The notes beneath the pieces are model-generated. The model had not been told where the DNA came from and did no database searches. It saw nothing but the letters and a program-made list of their open reading frames with translations. From positions 512,001-576,000 of the forward strand of contig CAWHDR010000001.1 in NCBI GenBank assembly GCA_963828165.1: a DNA stretch of 64,000 nucleotides, given 5' to 3'. Made by a program: the position numbers and the translations under genes. Each line of letters starts with the position of its first letter. The stretch's first letter is position 1. The stretch is from an uncultured Chloroflexia bacterium. GTDB taxonomy: Bacteria; Chloroflexota; Limnocylindria; Limnocylindrales; CSP1-4. Below, piece after piece: positions 1-9,215 of the stretch.

Positions 1-837
1 CTCGACACGGCTGCGCACGAGGCGCCCACCGAGCTGGGCGAGGGCCCACTGCAGCGTGGCGCCTTCTCCGATCGAGGCGAGCCGATGCTGGAACGCGACG
101 GTGTCGTCGCCAAGCTCCTGCAGGCTCGCGAACTGGAGCGATGCGCCGGCTTCCAGCGTGGCCTCGGTCGTGCCGGCGAAGAATGCCTGGCCGGCGGAGG
201 TTGTCGCGCCGTCCGATGCGACGAGCTCCTCCACGATCGATGCCTCGGCCTTCTCGCCGAGACGAATGAGGCTCCGGGTCACGAGCGCCCGGTCCGGCGC
301 TCCGACCGCCCAGCGCACGACGATGGGCCGCTCGAGCCGGACGCCGGCGGGGACATCGACGAGCACGCCTTGCGACCAGAGCGCTCGGGTGAGCTGGGCG
401 AATTTGTCGGTCGAGGGGACGGACGGGCCGCCATCGAGCAGGTCACGGACGACATCCACGTCGTCGAGCAGGGAGCGAACCACGACGCCGCCGGCCTCGG
501 CCGCGTCCGACAGGGCGACGGCGACGACCCGGCCCTCGTCGAACTCGATCAGGCCGTCGGCGTCGTCCGGGAGCGCGCCCGCACGACGTTCCGTGCCGTG
601 GTCGGTCGCGAACTCGGCCGCCTCGAGGCGTGCCGCGCGCAGGTCGATGTAGGGCGTGTACAGCAGGTTGGACTCGCCGGGGAGCGCCGACCACGCTTCG
701 TAGGCGGCGCGTCGATCCGCGGCCAGCCAATCGGGCGACGTGGCGAGGACCGCGTCGAGGGCGCCCTCATCGACCGGCAACGAGAGCTCATCGAGGGCCC
801 GACGCGCCGGCCTCGGTCGTGAGGCCGGGGCCGTCAT
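1..837 (-). CDS. sufD: SufD-family Fe-S cluster assembly protein (3' end outside window)
   Basis: Not in ORF track. Manual translation from ATG 837 (ATGA overlap with the sufB stop) gives MTAPASRPRPARRALDEL...WLAADRRAAYEAWSALPGE...WSQGVLVDVPAGVRLERPIVVRW...EASIVEE, a SufBD-type sequence directly downstream of sufB. Confidence 0.85.
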   Translation of the reverse strand, partial: MTAPASRPRPARRALDELSLPVDEGALDAVLATSPDWLAADRRAAYEAWSALPGESNLLYTPYIDLRAARLEAAEFATDHGTERRAGALPDDADGLIEFDEGRVVAVALSDAAEAGGVVVRSLLDDVDVVRDLLDGGPSVPSTDKFAQLTRALWSQGVLVDVPAGVRLERPIVVRWAVGAPDRALVTRSLIRLGEKAEASIVEELVASDGATTSAGQAFFAGTTEATLEAGASLQFASLQELGDDTVAFQHRLASIGEGATLQWALAQLGGRLVRSRVE

Positions 838-2237
838 CCGAGCGACCCCTCCATCTCGAGCTTCACGAGGCGGTTGAACTCGATGGCGTATTCCATGGGC
901 AGTTCCTTGGTGAACACCTCGAGGAAGCCCTGGACGATCAGGTTGGTCGCCTCGTTCTCCGTCAGCCCGCGGGCCATCAGGTAGAAGACCTGGTCGGCCG
1001 AGACCTTCCCGACAGTCGCCTCGTGGCTCATCGTCGTGTCGTCTTCCTGGATGTCGATGTACGGGTACGTGTCGCTGCGGCTCTGGTCGTCGAGCATCAG
1101 GGCGTCGCAACGGACGCTGGCCACGACATTGGTGGCACCCGGTGCGACCTTGAGGTGGCCGCGATAGGTCGCGCGGCCACCGTCCTTGGAGACCGACTTG
1201 CTGACGATCCGCGATCGCGTGTTCGGGGCGAGGTGGATGGCCTTGGCGCCGGTGTCCTGGTGCTGCCCCTTGCCGGCGACCGCGACCGAGATGATGTCGG
1301 CGGTCGCGCCCTCACCGCGCAGGTAGATGGCCGGGAACTTCACGGTCTTGCGAGACCCGGTGTTCGCGTCGATCCACTCGACCGTCGAGTTCTCATGCGC
1401 GTGGGCGCGCTTGGTCACCAGGTTGTACACGTCATTCGACCAGTTCTGGATGGTCGTGTAGCGGACCTTTGAGCCGGGCAGGGCCACGACTTCGACGACG
1501 GCGGCGTGGAGCGAGTCCGTGGCGTAGATGGGCGCCGTGCAGCCCTCGATGTAGTGGACCTTGGCACCCTCGTCGACGACGATCAGCGTGCGCTCGAACT
1601 GGCCGGTGTTCTCGCCGTTGATGCGGAAGTAGGCCTGCAGCGGGAGCGGGACCTCGACGCCCTTGGGGACGTAGACGAACGAGCCACCCGACCACACGGC
1701 ACTGTTGAGCGCCGCGAACTTGTTGTCCTCCGGCGGGACGATCGTGCCGAAGTACTTCTTGAAGATCTCGGGGTACTCGATGAGCGCCTGGTCGGTGCCC
1801 ATGAACACGACGCCGATCTTGGTCAGCTCCTCGCGAACGCTGTGGTACACGACCTCGGAGTCGTACTGCGCACCGACGCCGGCCAGGAACTTGCGCTCCG
1901 CCTCCGGGATGCCGAGCTTCTCGAACGTCGCCTTGATCTGCTCGGGGACGTCGTCCCACGACTTCTCTTCGCGCTCGGACGGCTTGCGGTAGTAGACGAT
2001 CTTGTCGAAGTCGATCTTGTCGAGGCCGTCGGTCCACGTCGGCATCGGGCGCTTCAGGAAGTGCTCGTAGGCTCGCAGGCGGAACTGGAGCATCCAGTCC
2101 GGCTCGCCCTTGAACCCGCTGATCTCTTCGACGGTGGCGCGGGTCAGCCCACGCTTCGTCTCGCGCAGGTACGCGATGTCGTCGTGGAAGGCGAACTGGT
2201 CACGCTGGTCGGTGACGATCTCGCGGGTTGCGGTCAT
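834..2237 (-). CDS. sufB: Fe-S cluster assembly protein SufB
   Basis: 467 aa; hallmark segments GVGAQYDSEVVY, DNKFAALNSAVWSGGSFVYVPKG, GQFERTLI, YIEGCTAP, HEATVGK, ELPMEYAIE. Confidence 0.97.
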   Translation of the reverse strand: MTATREIVTDQRDQFAFHDDIAYLRETKRGLTRATVEEISGFKGEPDWMLQFRLRAYEHFLKRPMPTWTDGLDKIDFDKIVYYRKPSEREEKSWDDVPEQIKATFEKLGIPEAERKFLAGVGAQYDSEVVYHSVREELTKIGVVFMGTDQALIEYPEIFKKYFGTIVPPEDNKFAALNSAVWSGGSFVYVPKGVEVPLPLQAYFRINGENTGQFERTLIVVDEGAKVHYIEGCTAPIYATDSLHAAVVEVVALPGSKVRYTTIQNWSNDVYNLVTKRAHAHENSTVEWIDANTGSRKTVKFPAIYLRGEGATADIISVAVAGKGQHQDTGAKAIHLAPNTRSRIVSKSVSKDGGRATYRGHLKVAPGATNVVASVRCDALMLDDQSRSDTYPYIDIQEDDTTMSHEATVGKVSADQVFYLMARGLTENEATNLIVQGFLEVFTKELPMEYAIEFNRLVKLEMEGSLG

Positions 2238-2302
2238 TCGTTCCTCGGTCCTCGTCGGGGGCGGCGCGACGGGCGCCGCAGGACGGCATCTTCGGCCGTT
2301 CA

Positions 2303-2346
2303 GTAATTCCGACCTAGATTATCGGGATTACCGCTCGGACCGTCAA
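2303..2346 (-). promoter_or_regulatory. sigma70-type sufB promoter overlapped by an IscR/Rrf2-like palindrome
   Basis: Minus strand TTGACG-N17-GATAAT (2346-2318); imperfect palindrome GTAATTCCGAC-N7-ATCGGGATTAC at 2303-2331. Confidence 0.6.
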
Positions 2347-2438
2347 CGTGACCTTCCGGGATGGCGAGTCCGGCCCGTGTCAGAGCGCGCGGGCACCGAC
2401 CTGGCACTCGTCGGCGGCTACATGGCCTGACATCGAGG

Positions 2439-2463
2439 CACCGCCCCGGAGGCCGGGGCGGTG
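2439..2463 (-). terminator. GC-rich hairpin, probable terminator of 2502..3131
   Basis: CACCGCCCCGG-agg-CCGGGGCGGTG perfect 11-bp stem just past the stop; no strong U-tract. Confidence 0.5.
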
Positions 2464-2501
2464 TCGGTGAGTGACGATCGGGAGAGGGAGCGAGATGTGG
2501 A

Positions 2502-3131
2502 TCAGGTGCGGGCCGGCTCGTCGCTGGTGCTGTCGCTCGTCCGCTTGCCATTCGTCTTGCCGAAGCCATCGGGGGTATCGCTCGGTGGCTCCGCGAACGG
2601 GCTGTCGGTGTCGCTCGTCGCGTCGGCGTAGATGGAGGGCTGAACGGGCACGGGGACCGCGGCGTCGAAGGCGTGCGGCTCGTCCTCCCATTCGGCGCGT
2701 CGGGCCGCCATCTTCTCCCGCAGCTGCTGGGCGGCCAGCTGGAGGCGGGCCTTGATGCTCGGCGAGTTGGCGAGCGCCCAGCCGACGAGACCGATCGTAA
2801 TGGCTCCGGCGATCACGAACGGCAGGCGTGACGGCCGCTTCACGAGGCCGGCATCCTGGGCCGCGGACCGCGCGTTCTTGGCCATGTACTTGCCCGCGTC
2901 TCGAAGGTCCTTCCGCGCGTCACGGATCTCCTTGCCGATATCGATGTTCGGCACCTCGATCTTGGAAAGGTCCATACGCGGCACCTCGATCTCGCGGCGG
3001 AACTCGTTGATGTCCTTGCGGACCTCGCTCAGCTCCTTGCGCGTCTCGCCAAGGGCCTTGGCGATGTCGTCACGGGACATCTCGGGGAGCTTCAGCTCAG
3101 GGAGCCGCTCTCTCAGGTGAAGATCAGGCAT
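2502..3131 (-). CDS. hypothetical protein, one TM segment plus charged helical N-terminus
   Basis: 209 aa, AGGAGG SD upstream, hydrophobic segment LPFVIAGAITIGLVGWALA, coding-like composition. Confidence 0.7.
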   Translation of the reverse strand: MPDLHLRERLPELKLPEMSRDDIAKALGETRKELSEVRKDINEFRREIEVPRMDLSKIEVPNIDIGKEIRDARKDLRDAGKYMAKNARSAAQDAGLVKRPSRLPFVIAGAITIGLVGWALANSPSIKARLQLAAQQLREKMAARRAEWEDEPHAFDAAVPVPVQPSIYADATSDTDSPFAEPPSDTPDGFGKTNGKRTSDSTSDEPART

Positions 3132-3248
3132 CGCTCGCCCTCCTGCTCTGGGGTGTGGAGGGTCAGCCTACGCCAGGCTGCGTTTCGACCCCGCGCGCCG
3201 CCATCGGTCTCGGGTTGCGTCCGCGTGACGGCTCACCCCCGGACAGGA

Positions 3249-3281
3249 ACGAGCCCCTCGCGCCTGCCGCGAGGGGCTCGT
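3249..3281 (-). terminator. hairpin terminator after the CAP gene
   Basis: ACGAGCCCCTCGCG-cctgc-CGCGAGGGGCTCGT perfect 14-bp stem about 20 nt after the stop. Confidence 0.65.
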
Positions 3282-3301
3282 GATGCGATCGGAGCGGATG
3301 G

Positions 3302-4111
3302 TCAGGTCTTGATCGTGGTCGTCTTCCACGCGCCCCAGTTGCCGGCCCGGTCGCGCGAGCGGACGCGGACGTCGTAGGTGCTGTTGCGACGCCAGATCCT
3401 GGTCATGGAGGTCTTGGTCGTCACTGGGTAGCTGCTCCACGCGCTGCCGTTGATCGAGCGCTGGACCTGGTAGTAGCGGAACCCGGAAGTCAGGACCTGG
3501 AGCCGGATATCGCTGCCCGACCACTTGACCCAGACGCGGACGTCCGTGCTGCTGAGATTTCGCTTCGCCGTGCCGACGATCCTGCTCCAGGCGCCCGTGC
3601 GATCCGGGCCCTTCAGGTAGACGCCGGCCCAATAGCGCTTGCCCGAGTCCGAGATCGCCAGTCCGAAGCCCACGTAGTTGTAGCCCTTCGACATGACGAT
3701 CGCCCTGTGGCCCGGTGAGCCCATCCAGCCCTGCACCGCGAATGACGCCGAATAGTCGAGGGCGGCCGCGGTGTTCCAGGCGATGATCTCGCCGGCTCCA
3801 TACCACTTGATGCCTGCATCGGCGATCAGGTCGAAGACGTCGGTGCCGCCGGACTGGGTATGGCTGAATCGGCCGGTCCTGGCCATGTAGGCCGCGCGAT
3901 CCCCGGCCAGCTCGGCGAGCCGGGTGTCCCAGCGAAGCGCCACGAGGCCGGCACTGGCCCGGCGGCGGTTCGTCAGTTTCAGGACGGACTGCTCGGCGGC
4001 CGAGATCTGGGCGTCGGTGGGCTCGCCCGCGGCCGCGGTGGCGGGCGCGAGGCCGATGACGAGGAGGAAGGCGAGTGCCAGTGGACTGAAGCGGCGGGCA
4101 GGTGATCGCAT
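3302..4111 (-). CDS. secreted CAP/SCP-domain protein with FN3-like C-terminus
   Basis: Signal peptide; CAP motifs LTNRRRASAGL, FSHT, AGEIIAW, WMGSPGHRAI; C-terminal YDVRVRSRDRAGNWGAW. Confidence 0.88.
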   Translation of the reverse strand: MRSPARRFSPLALAFLLVIGLAPATAAAGEPTDAQISAAEQSVLKLTNRRRASAGLVALRWDTRLAELAGDRAAYMARTGRFSHTQSGGTDVFDLIADAGIKWYGAGEIIAWNTAAALDYSASFAVQGWMGSPGHRAIVMSKGYNYVGFGLAISDSGKRYWAGVYLKGPDRTGAWSRIVGTAKRNLSSTDVRVWVKWSGSDIRLQVLTSGFRYYQVQRSINGSAWSSYPVTTKTSMTRIWRRNSTYDVRVRSRDRAGNWGAWKTTTIKT

Positions 4112-4331
4112 GCCCCGACTGTCGCTGCCAGCCCCGCCGGCCGATACGGGCCGGATGTTCCAGAGGTGCGGGGAGGATGGTCATGGTCCGGACCGCACCC
4201 CTTCGGTACCGACTGCCCCCGACCGCCACGCTCCCCTCCACTCACCTCCGGCCGGACCGCGCCCCGGGTCGGCCCGGCCGACGATGTGGGACGATGACGA
4301 CATCCGAACCACTCGCAAACGAGGAGTCGCC

Positions 4332-4775
4332 ATGTCCGCCATCCGTCGCGCCGAGGTCGTGTGGTCCGGCGATCTGAACTCCGGCAGTGGCACGGTCAGC
4401 GCCATGTCGAGCGGCGCCTTCGAATCGCTCCCGGTCAGCTGGGGCGCACGAACCGAGTCACCCGAGGGCAAGACCAGCCCTGAGGAGCTGGTCGCTGCCG
4501 CGCACGCTTCCTGTTTTGCGATGGCCTTCTCCGGCGCCCTGGGCCGAGCCGGGACACCGCCGGATCGGCTGGACGTATCCGCAGAGGTGACCTTCGACAA
4601 GCTGGAGGCTGGCTGGCGCGTCGTGTCGAGCGCGCTGACCGTGCGCGGCGTAGTCCCGGGCATGTCGTCCGAGGACTTCATCGCCGCCGCCGAGGCGTCC
4701 AAGGACGGCTGTCCGATCAGCCAGGCGCTCAAGGGCAACGTCGAGCTGAGCGTGGACGCCACCCTCGAGGGCTGA
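4332..4775 (+). CDS. osmC: OsmC-family peroxiredoxin
   Basis: ATG 4332 after GAGGAG; TSPEELVAAAHASCFAM and KDGCPISQAL (two catalytic Cys). Confidence 0.93.
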   Translation: MSAIRRAEVVWSGDLNSGSGTVSAMSSGAFESLPVSWGARTESPEGKTSPEELVAAAHASCFAMAFSGALGRAGTPPDRLDVSAEVTFDKLEAGWRVVSSALTVRGVVPGMSSEDFIAAAEASKDGCPISQALKGNVELSVDATLEG

Positions 4776-4802
4776 CCGCCGGTCGTCCATCCGCCGGTAG
4801 AA

Positions 4803-4865
4803 GTGGTGGACCGCGCGATGTTTGCGGCCAAGGCCGGCGGTCGCAACCAGGTCCGCCTCGCGACC
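4803..4865 (+). pseudogene. orphan C-terminal remnant of a GGDEF domain
   Basis: Translates VVDRAMFAAKAGGRNQVRLA, the canonical GGDEF end (compare ...MAKRGGRNQVVAA in the DGC ending at 42748); rest of the domain absent. Confidence 0.6.
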
Positions 4866-4934
4866 GGCCCTCACGGCATAGGCAGCTCCGAACGCGCATC
4901 GGTCAGGGGATGGAGCCCGCCGGTCGCCGCACCC

Positions 4935-5080
4935 GTGCACGGCCTGCTCCTATCAGCGAACGAACCATCGGAATCGAGCGCGAAACCCCGAAACCAACCT
5001 CTCATCCCGCGTGGGATGCGCCTCATGCACCAACGACGGCTTGGCAAGCCTCCGATCGACGATAAGAGCACCGGGTGCAT
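4935..5080. repeat. cluster of three degenerate 28-bp repeat units (+,+,-)
   Basis: Units 4935-4962, 5016-5043 and 5053-5080 (inverted); consensus about GTGC-N6-TGCNCCTATCAGCGAWCG; related copies at 24191-24338. Confidence 0.6.
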
Positions 5081-5109
5081 GCGCCGCGATGGCCGGCCCG
5101 CACGGGGCG

Positions 5110-6048
5110 TCACCCGACCGTGAGCAGGCGCCGCGGGTTGGCGACGGTCATCGTCTCGATCTCCACCTCGCTGACACCCGCCTCGCGAAGCGTTGGCAGG
5201 AACGAGCGCGCGAGGTACGTGTAGCCATTGCCCTCGTACCGGGACAGCTGCGAGTCGTGGCACACGTCCTGGGAGAGGAGGATCCGGTCCACGTGGCCAC
5301 GCGACAGCAGCTCGCGGAGGAGGTCCACGGCCCGGCTCTCACCGTGACGCTCTGCCGGCGTGAAGGACATCCCGAGGAAGTCGAATTCGACGCTGGCGCC
5401 GCGCCCGACGATGGCCAGGTGGTGGTCGAGATGGGGGTACGAGTCGGCGTGGCCGATGACGACCCGAGTGGGATCCGCACCCTCCTCCTCGAAGATCCGG
5501 AGCTGGTCCAGTCCGACCGGCGACAGCACGGCATGGGTCGTGATCGCCAGGCCGGTCTGGCGGGCGGCCCGGGCCGCCGCGCGATGGACGCGTTCTTCCT
5601 GGGCCGACAGCCACGGCTTGTCCGTGCCGATCTCGCCGATGATCCCGGGACGGACGTCCGAGTCGCCGACACCGGTTGCCGCCTCGCCGACGATCTCGTC
5701 AGCGAGGTCGTCGACCGACCGCCGGTCGATCTGGGCCTCAGCCGGGTAGTACGCCCCGCGATACCAGCCGCAGCCCATGACGATGTGCAGCCCGCTGGCG
5801 CGGGCGAGGGCCGCCAGCCAGGCCGGGTCCCGGCCGACGCCCGGAAGGGTCAGGTCAACGAGCCCGCTGCCGCCAGCGGCCCGGTAGGCCGCGAGCTCCT
5901 CGAGGATCAGCGGCTCGTCGCGCGTGAGCTGCCAGTAATCCCAGCGATCGGGGATCTGCCACAGGGCGATCTGGGTGTGCTCGTGGGGGAGCGTGAACCC
6001 GAGCTCGCCGGGTTCGATGGGACCGAGGACCGTCTGGACGTGGGCCAT
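5110..6048 (-). CDS. phosphotriesterase-homology protein (amidohydrolase)
   Basis: VQTVLGPI...TLPHEH, GIIGEIG, ITTH, VVIGH, LLSQDVC, NPRRLL. Confidence 0.93.
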   Translation of the reverse strand: MAHVQTVLGPIEPGELGFTLPHEHTQIALWQIPDRWDYWQLTRDEPLILEELAAYRAAGGSGLVDLTLPGVGRDPAWLAALARASGLHIVMGCGWYRGAYYPAEAQIDRRSVDDLADEIVGEAATGVGDSDVRPGIIGEIGTDKPWLSAQEERVHRAAARAARQTGLAITTHAVLSPVGLDQLRIFEEEGADPTRVVIGHADSYPHLDHHLAIVGRGASVEFDFLGMSFTPAERHGESRAVDLLRELLSRGHVDRILLSQDVCHDSQLSRYEGNGYTYLARSFLPTLREAGVSEVEIETMTVANPRRLLTVG

Positions 6049-6059
6049 GGCCCGCGATG

Positions 6060-6701
6060 CTACGCCGTCGCGACGGCCGGTTGCTCGACCCGGGCGGCGG
6101 CGAGGAGGACGTCGAGGATGGCGCGGGCGCGGCGCACGGCCTCCTCGGGCCGGTAGGCCTCGCCCGCCTCGATGCGCTGGAGCAGCTGGCCGTCCAGCAA
6201 CCCGAGGAAGCCCCGGGCGAAGCCATCGACATCCAGCCAGGCCGGGAGCTCCCCTCGCGCGACGCCCTCGTGCAGCAGCATCAAAGCGGCCCCCACGAGC
6301 TGCTCCCGGCGCCGGGCGAGCATCTCGCGGACCTCGGGCTCGTCGGGCGCCTCGGCCCAGGCTCGCACCAGCCCGACCTGCCCCGGCGCACCCTCGAACT
6401 GGTCGATCGTCTCGACGTAATAGGCGGCGGCCGCCGTGAGCTTGTCCGCGGTCGAGGTCAATGGGGCGAGGCGGATGGCGAGCTCATCGAGGCCCTGCCC
6501 GGAGAGCAGGTCGCAGCTGTGGAGGAAGAGCGCGTCCTTACCCTTGAAGTGCGTGTAGATCGCCCCGACCGAGAGGCCGGACCGCTGGACGACGTCCGCG
6601 ATGGTGGCGCGGTGATAGCCCTTTTCCGCGAACACCTCGACGGCGGCGCGGATGATCCGCTCGCGGACCTGCTGTTCATGTGCGGCGGAGATGCGAGGCA
6701 C
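6060..6701 (-). CDS. TetR/AcrR transcriptional regulator
   Basis: GTG 6701 after AGGAG; HTH FAEKGYHRATIADVVQRSGLSVGAIYTHFKGKDALF. Confidence 0.92.
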   Translation of the reverse strand: MPRISAAHEQQVRERIIRAAVEVFAEKGYHRATIADVVQRSGLSVGAIYTHFKGKDALFLHSCDLLSGQGLDELAIRLAPLTSTADKLTAAAAYYVETIDQFEGAPGQVGLVRAWAEAPDEPEVREMLARRREQLVGAALMLLHEGVARGELPAWLDVDGFARGFLGLLDGQLLQRIEAGEAYRPEEAVRRARAILDVLLAAARVEQPAVATA

Positions 6702-6761
6702 GGCTGGATGGCTCCTGAGGAATGGGCGCTCCCTCGACTCTATCGCAAGCGTACGCACGAA

Positions 6762-6805
6762 TCAACCTTTTCTGGTTGACAAGGGGAATATCCATTCTCT
6801 ATGGT
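6762..6805. promoter_or_regulatory. divergent promoter region with candidate TetR operators
   Basis: TCAACC-N6-GGTTGA palindrome 6762-6779; TTGACA (6776)-N18-TATGGT (6800) facing the MMPL gene; GAAT-N4-ATTC in the spacer. Confidence 0.5.
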
Positions 6806-6848
6806 TTCCGAGTTCGACTCGCCCGCTCGACCTTGGAGACGCGCCACC

Positions 6849-9203
6849 ATGTTTTCTCGCTGGGGAGCCTTCGTCTATCGCTTTCGTCGACCGATCGCGA
6901 TCCTCGCGGTGGTCCTGGCCATCGCCTCGGCGTCACTTGCGTCGCAGGTGACCGGGGCGCTCAGCGCCGGCGGCTGGACCGATCCTGATTCCGAATCGGC
7001 GGCGGTCGCCCAACGACTGGAGGACGAGTTCGGTGCCGGCGGTGGCGCGATCGTGGCTTTGTTCGACGGCGCGGCGGGTGACGACGCCCGCTCCGACGAG
7101 TTCCAGGCCGAGATCGCCGCGTCGCTCGACCGACTCCTCGCCGACGAGCGGACCGCTGGCGTCGTCGGCTGGGCGGAGACCCGCGACGACCGCTTCATCA
7201 GCACGGATGGGACGTCCGCCTACGTCCTGGTTCGGCTCGCGATCACCGACGAGGCCGCGGTCGACGAGATGCACGAGCTGCGCACCCTGATCGACCGGCC
7301 CGCCGGTATGACCATGCTGCTGACGGGCGTGGCGCCGGCGACCCAGGACCAGGCCGAGCAGTCGGAGAAGGAGCTGGTCCAGGCGGAGACGGTCTCGTTC
7401 CCGTTCGCCGCGCTCATCCTCATCCTCGTGTTCGCGTCGCTCATCGCGGCCGGCCTGCCCCTGGTCGTGGCCGCGTTGGCGATCCCCACGACGCTCGGCG
7501 GCGTCTACCTCGCCGCGCAGGTGACGGAGCTCTCGATCTACGTCCAGAACGTCGCGACGATGCTGGGCCTGGCCCTCGCCATCGACTACTCGCTGTTCAT
7601 GGTCAGCCGCTTCCGCGAGGAGCTCCGAAAGGGCCGGGACGTCGCCACCGCAGTCGAGATCACCGTCGCCACCAGCGGCAAAGCCGTCACCTTCTCCGGA
7701 CTTGCCGTGGCGGTCGGGCTGTCCGGGCTGCTCCTGTTCGAGCCGTCCGCCCTGCGCTCGTTCGGGATCGGTGGAGCCCTCACCGTCGCGGCGTCGGTCT
7801 TCTACGCCCTCACGTTCCTGCCGGCGGTCCTCGGCATGCTCGGGCATCGCGTCAACTCGGGCGGCGTGGCCGGATTGGGCGAGCGGATCCGGCGGGCGCT
7901 GGGTCGGCCGGTCGGCGAGGCGGCCGTCCTCGCCCGTGCGTCGCGCTGGGAACGCGTGGCGCATGCGGTCATGGCCCGTCCCGTCGCAGTCCTGATCCCG
8001 ACGCTTGCGTTCCTGCTCATTCTTGGCACGCCGTTCCTGCGACTCAGCCAGGGCATCCCCGATGCGTCGGTCCTGCCACCGGGCATCGAGAGCCGGGAAG
8101 CGGCGGTCGCGCTGTCGAACGACTTCCGGGCCGGCGAGACGTCTCCGATCGTGGTCCTCGCGACGGTCGACGGCTCCCCGACGGATGCGGCCAACGTCCA
8201 GCGCATCCTCGATCTCGGCGTGGCCATCGACGAGGTCGCGGACATCGACCGAGTCGAAGGCCCGTTCGTCGGGCTCAAGGATCCGGTCACCGGCGCCGAC
8301 CTTGACGCCGCGGGCATCTCGACCCTGTTCAACGCGCCACGCGACCAGCTCCCACCGGACGTCGCCGCCGGGCTCACCCGGCTCGAGGACGCCTACCTCC
8401 GCGATGCGACGGTGCGCCTCGATGCGATCAGTCCGCTCGCCCCGCTGAGTCCGGCGGGCTCCGCCGTCGTGCCGCTCGTCCGGGATGTCTCGGTCGATGG
8501 CGTCACCACGCAGGTCGGCGGGCTCGCGGCCGACGGGCAGGACTTCATGGCCAGCCAGTCCGGCACCATCCCGTACGCCATCGCCCTGACCCTTGGGGCG
8601 AGTGCCCTGATCCTGTTCCTGCTGTTCGGGTCGGTCATCATCCCGATCAAGGCCGTGATCATGACGCTGCTGTCGATCACCGCCTCGTTCGGCGCCCTGG
8701 TGTTCATCTTCCAGGACGGCAACTTCGCCGAGCTCCTCAACTTCGAGTCGCCGGGGTTCACCATCGCCGGCAACCCGATCATCATGTTCAGTGTCCTGTT
8801 CGGCCTCTCGATGGACTACGAGGTCCTGCTCCTGTCCCGCATCCAGGAGGCCTACCGGCGGACCGGCGACAACACCGCGTCGGTCGCCGAGGGCCTGGCC
8901 AAGACCGCCGGCGTCATCACCGGCGCGGCGCTGATCATGGTCACGGTGTTCTCGGCGTTCGCGCTCGCCGAGTCGATCACCATCAAGAGCATCGGCGTGG
9001 GCATGGCGATCGCGGTCCTCATCGATGCCACGATCGTGCGAGTCCTGCTCGTCCCGGCCACCATGCGGCTCATGGGCCGCTGGAACTGGTGGGCACCCGG
9101 ACCGCTGGGCCGCTTCGCGGACCGGCTCGGGTTCAACCACGTCGAGGATGTCGAGGTCCAGGCGGCATCCATCCCGGCGCCGTCGGCGACCCCGGCCGGG
9201 TAG
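6849..9203 (+). CDS. MMPL/RND-family transporter
   Basis: ATG 6849 after GGAG; two repeats with GLALAIDYSLFMVSRFREE and FGLSMDYEVLLLSRIQE; MGRWNWWAP. Confidence 0.95.
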   Translation: MFSRWGAFVYRFRRPIAILAVVLAIASASLASQVTGALSAGGWTDPDSESAAVAQRLEDEFGAGGGAIVALFDGAAGDDARSDEFQAEIAASLDRLLADERTAGVVGWAETRDDRFISTDGTSAYVLVRLAITDEAAVDEMHELRTLIDRPAGMTMLLTGVAPATQDQAEQSEKELVQAETVSFPFAALILILVFASLIAAGLPLVVAALAIPTTLGGVYLAAQVTELSIYVQNVATMLGLALAIDYSLFMVSRFREELRKGRDVATAVEITVATSGKAVTFSGLAVAVGLSGLLLFEPSALRSFGIGGALTVAASVFYALTFLPAVLGMLGHRVNSGGVAGLGERIRRALGRPVGEAAVLARASRWERVAHAVMARPVAVLIPTLAFLLILGTPFLRLSQGIPDASVLPPGIESREAAVALSNDFRAGETSPIVVLATVDGSPTDAANVQRILDLGVAIDEVADIDRVEGPFVGLKDPVTGADLDAAGISTLFNAPRDQLPPDVAAGLTRLEDAYLRDATVRLDAISPLAPLSPAGSAVVPLVRDVSVDGVTTQVGGLAADGQDFMASQSGTIPYAIALTLGASALILFLLFGSVIIPIKAVIMTLLSITASFGALVFIFQDGNFAELLNFESPGFTIAGNPIIMFSVLFGLSMDYEVLLLSRIQEAYRRTGDNTASVAEGLAKTAGVITGAALIMVTVFSAFALAESITIKSIGVGMAIAVLIDATIVRVLLVPATMRLMGRWNWWAPGPLGRFADRLGFNHVEDVEVQAASIPAPSATPAG

Positions 9204-9215
9204 GCTGTCACCCTG

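Noticed and set aside
6933-9140. Long antisense ORFs (6933..9140, 26888..30109, 44865..46799, 42877..44289 and others)
   Set aside because: Shadow ORFs typical of high-GC DNA opposite well-supported genes; no recognisable motifs.
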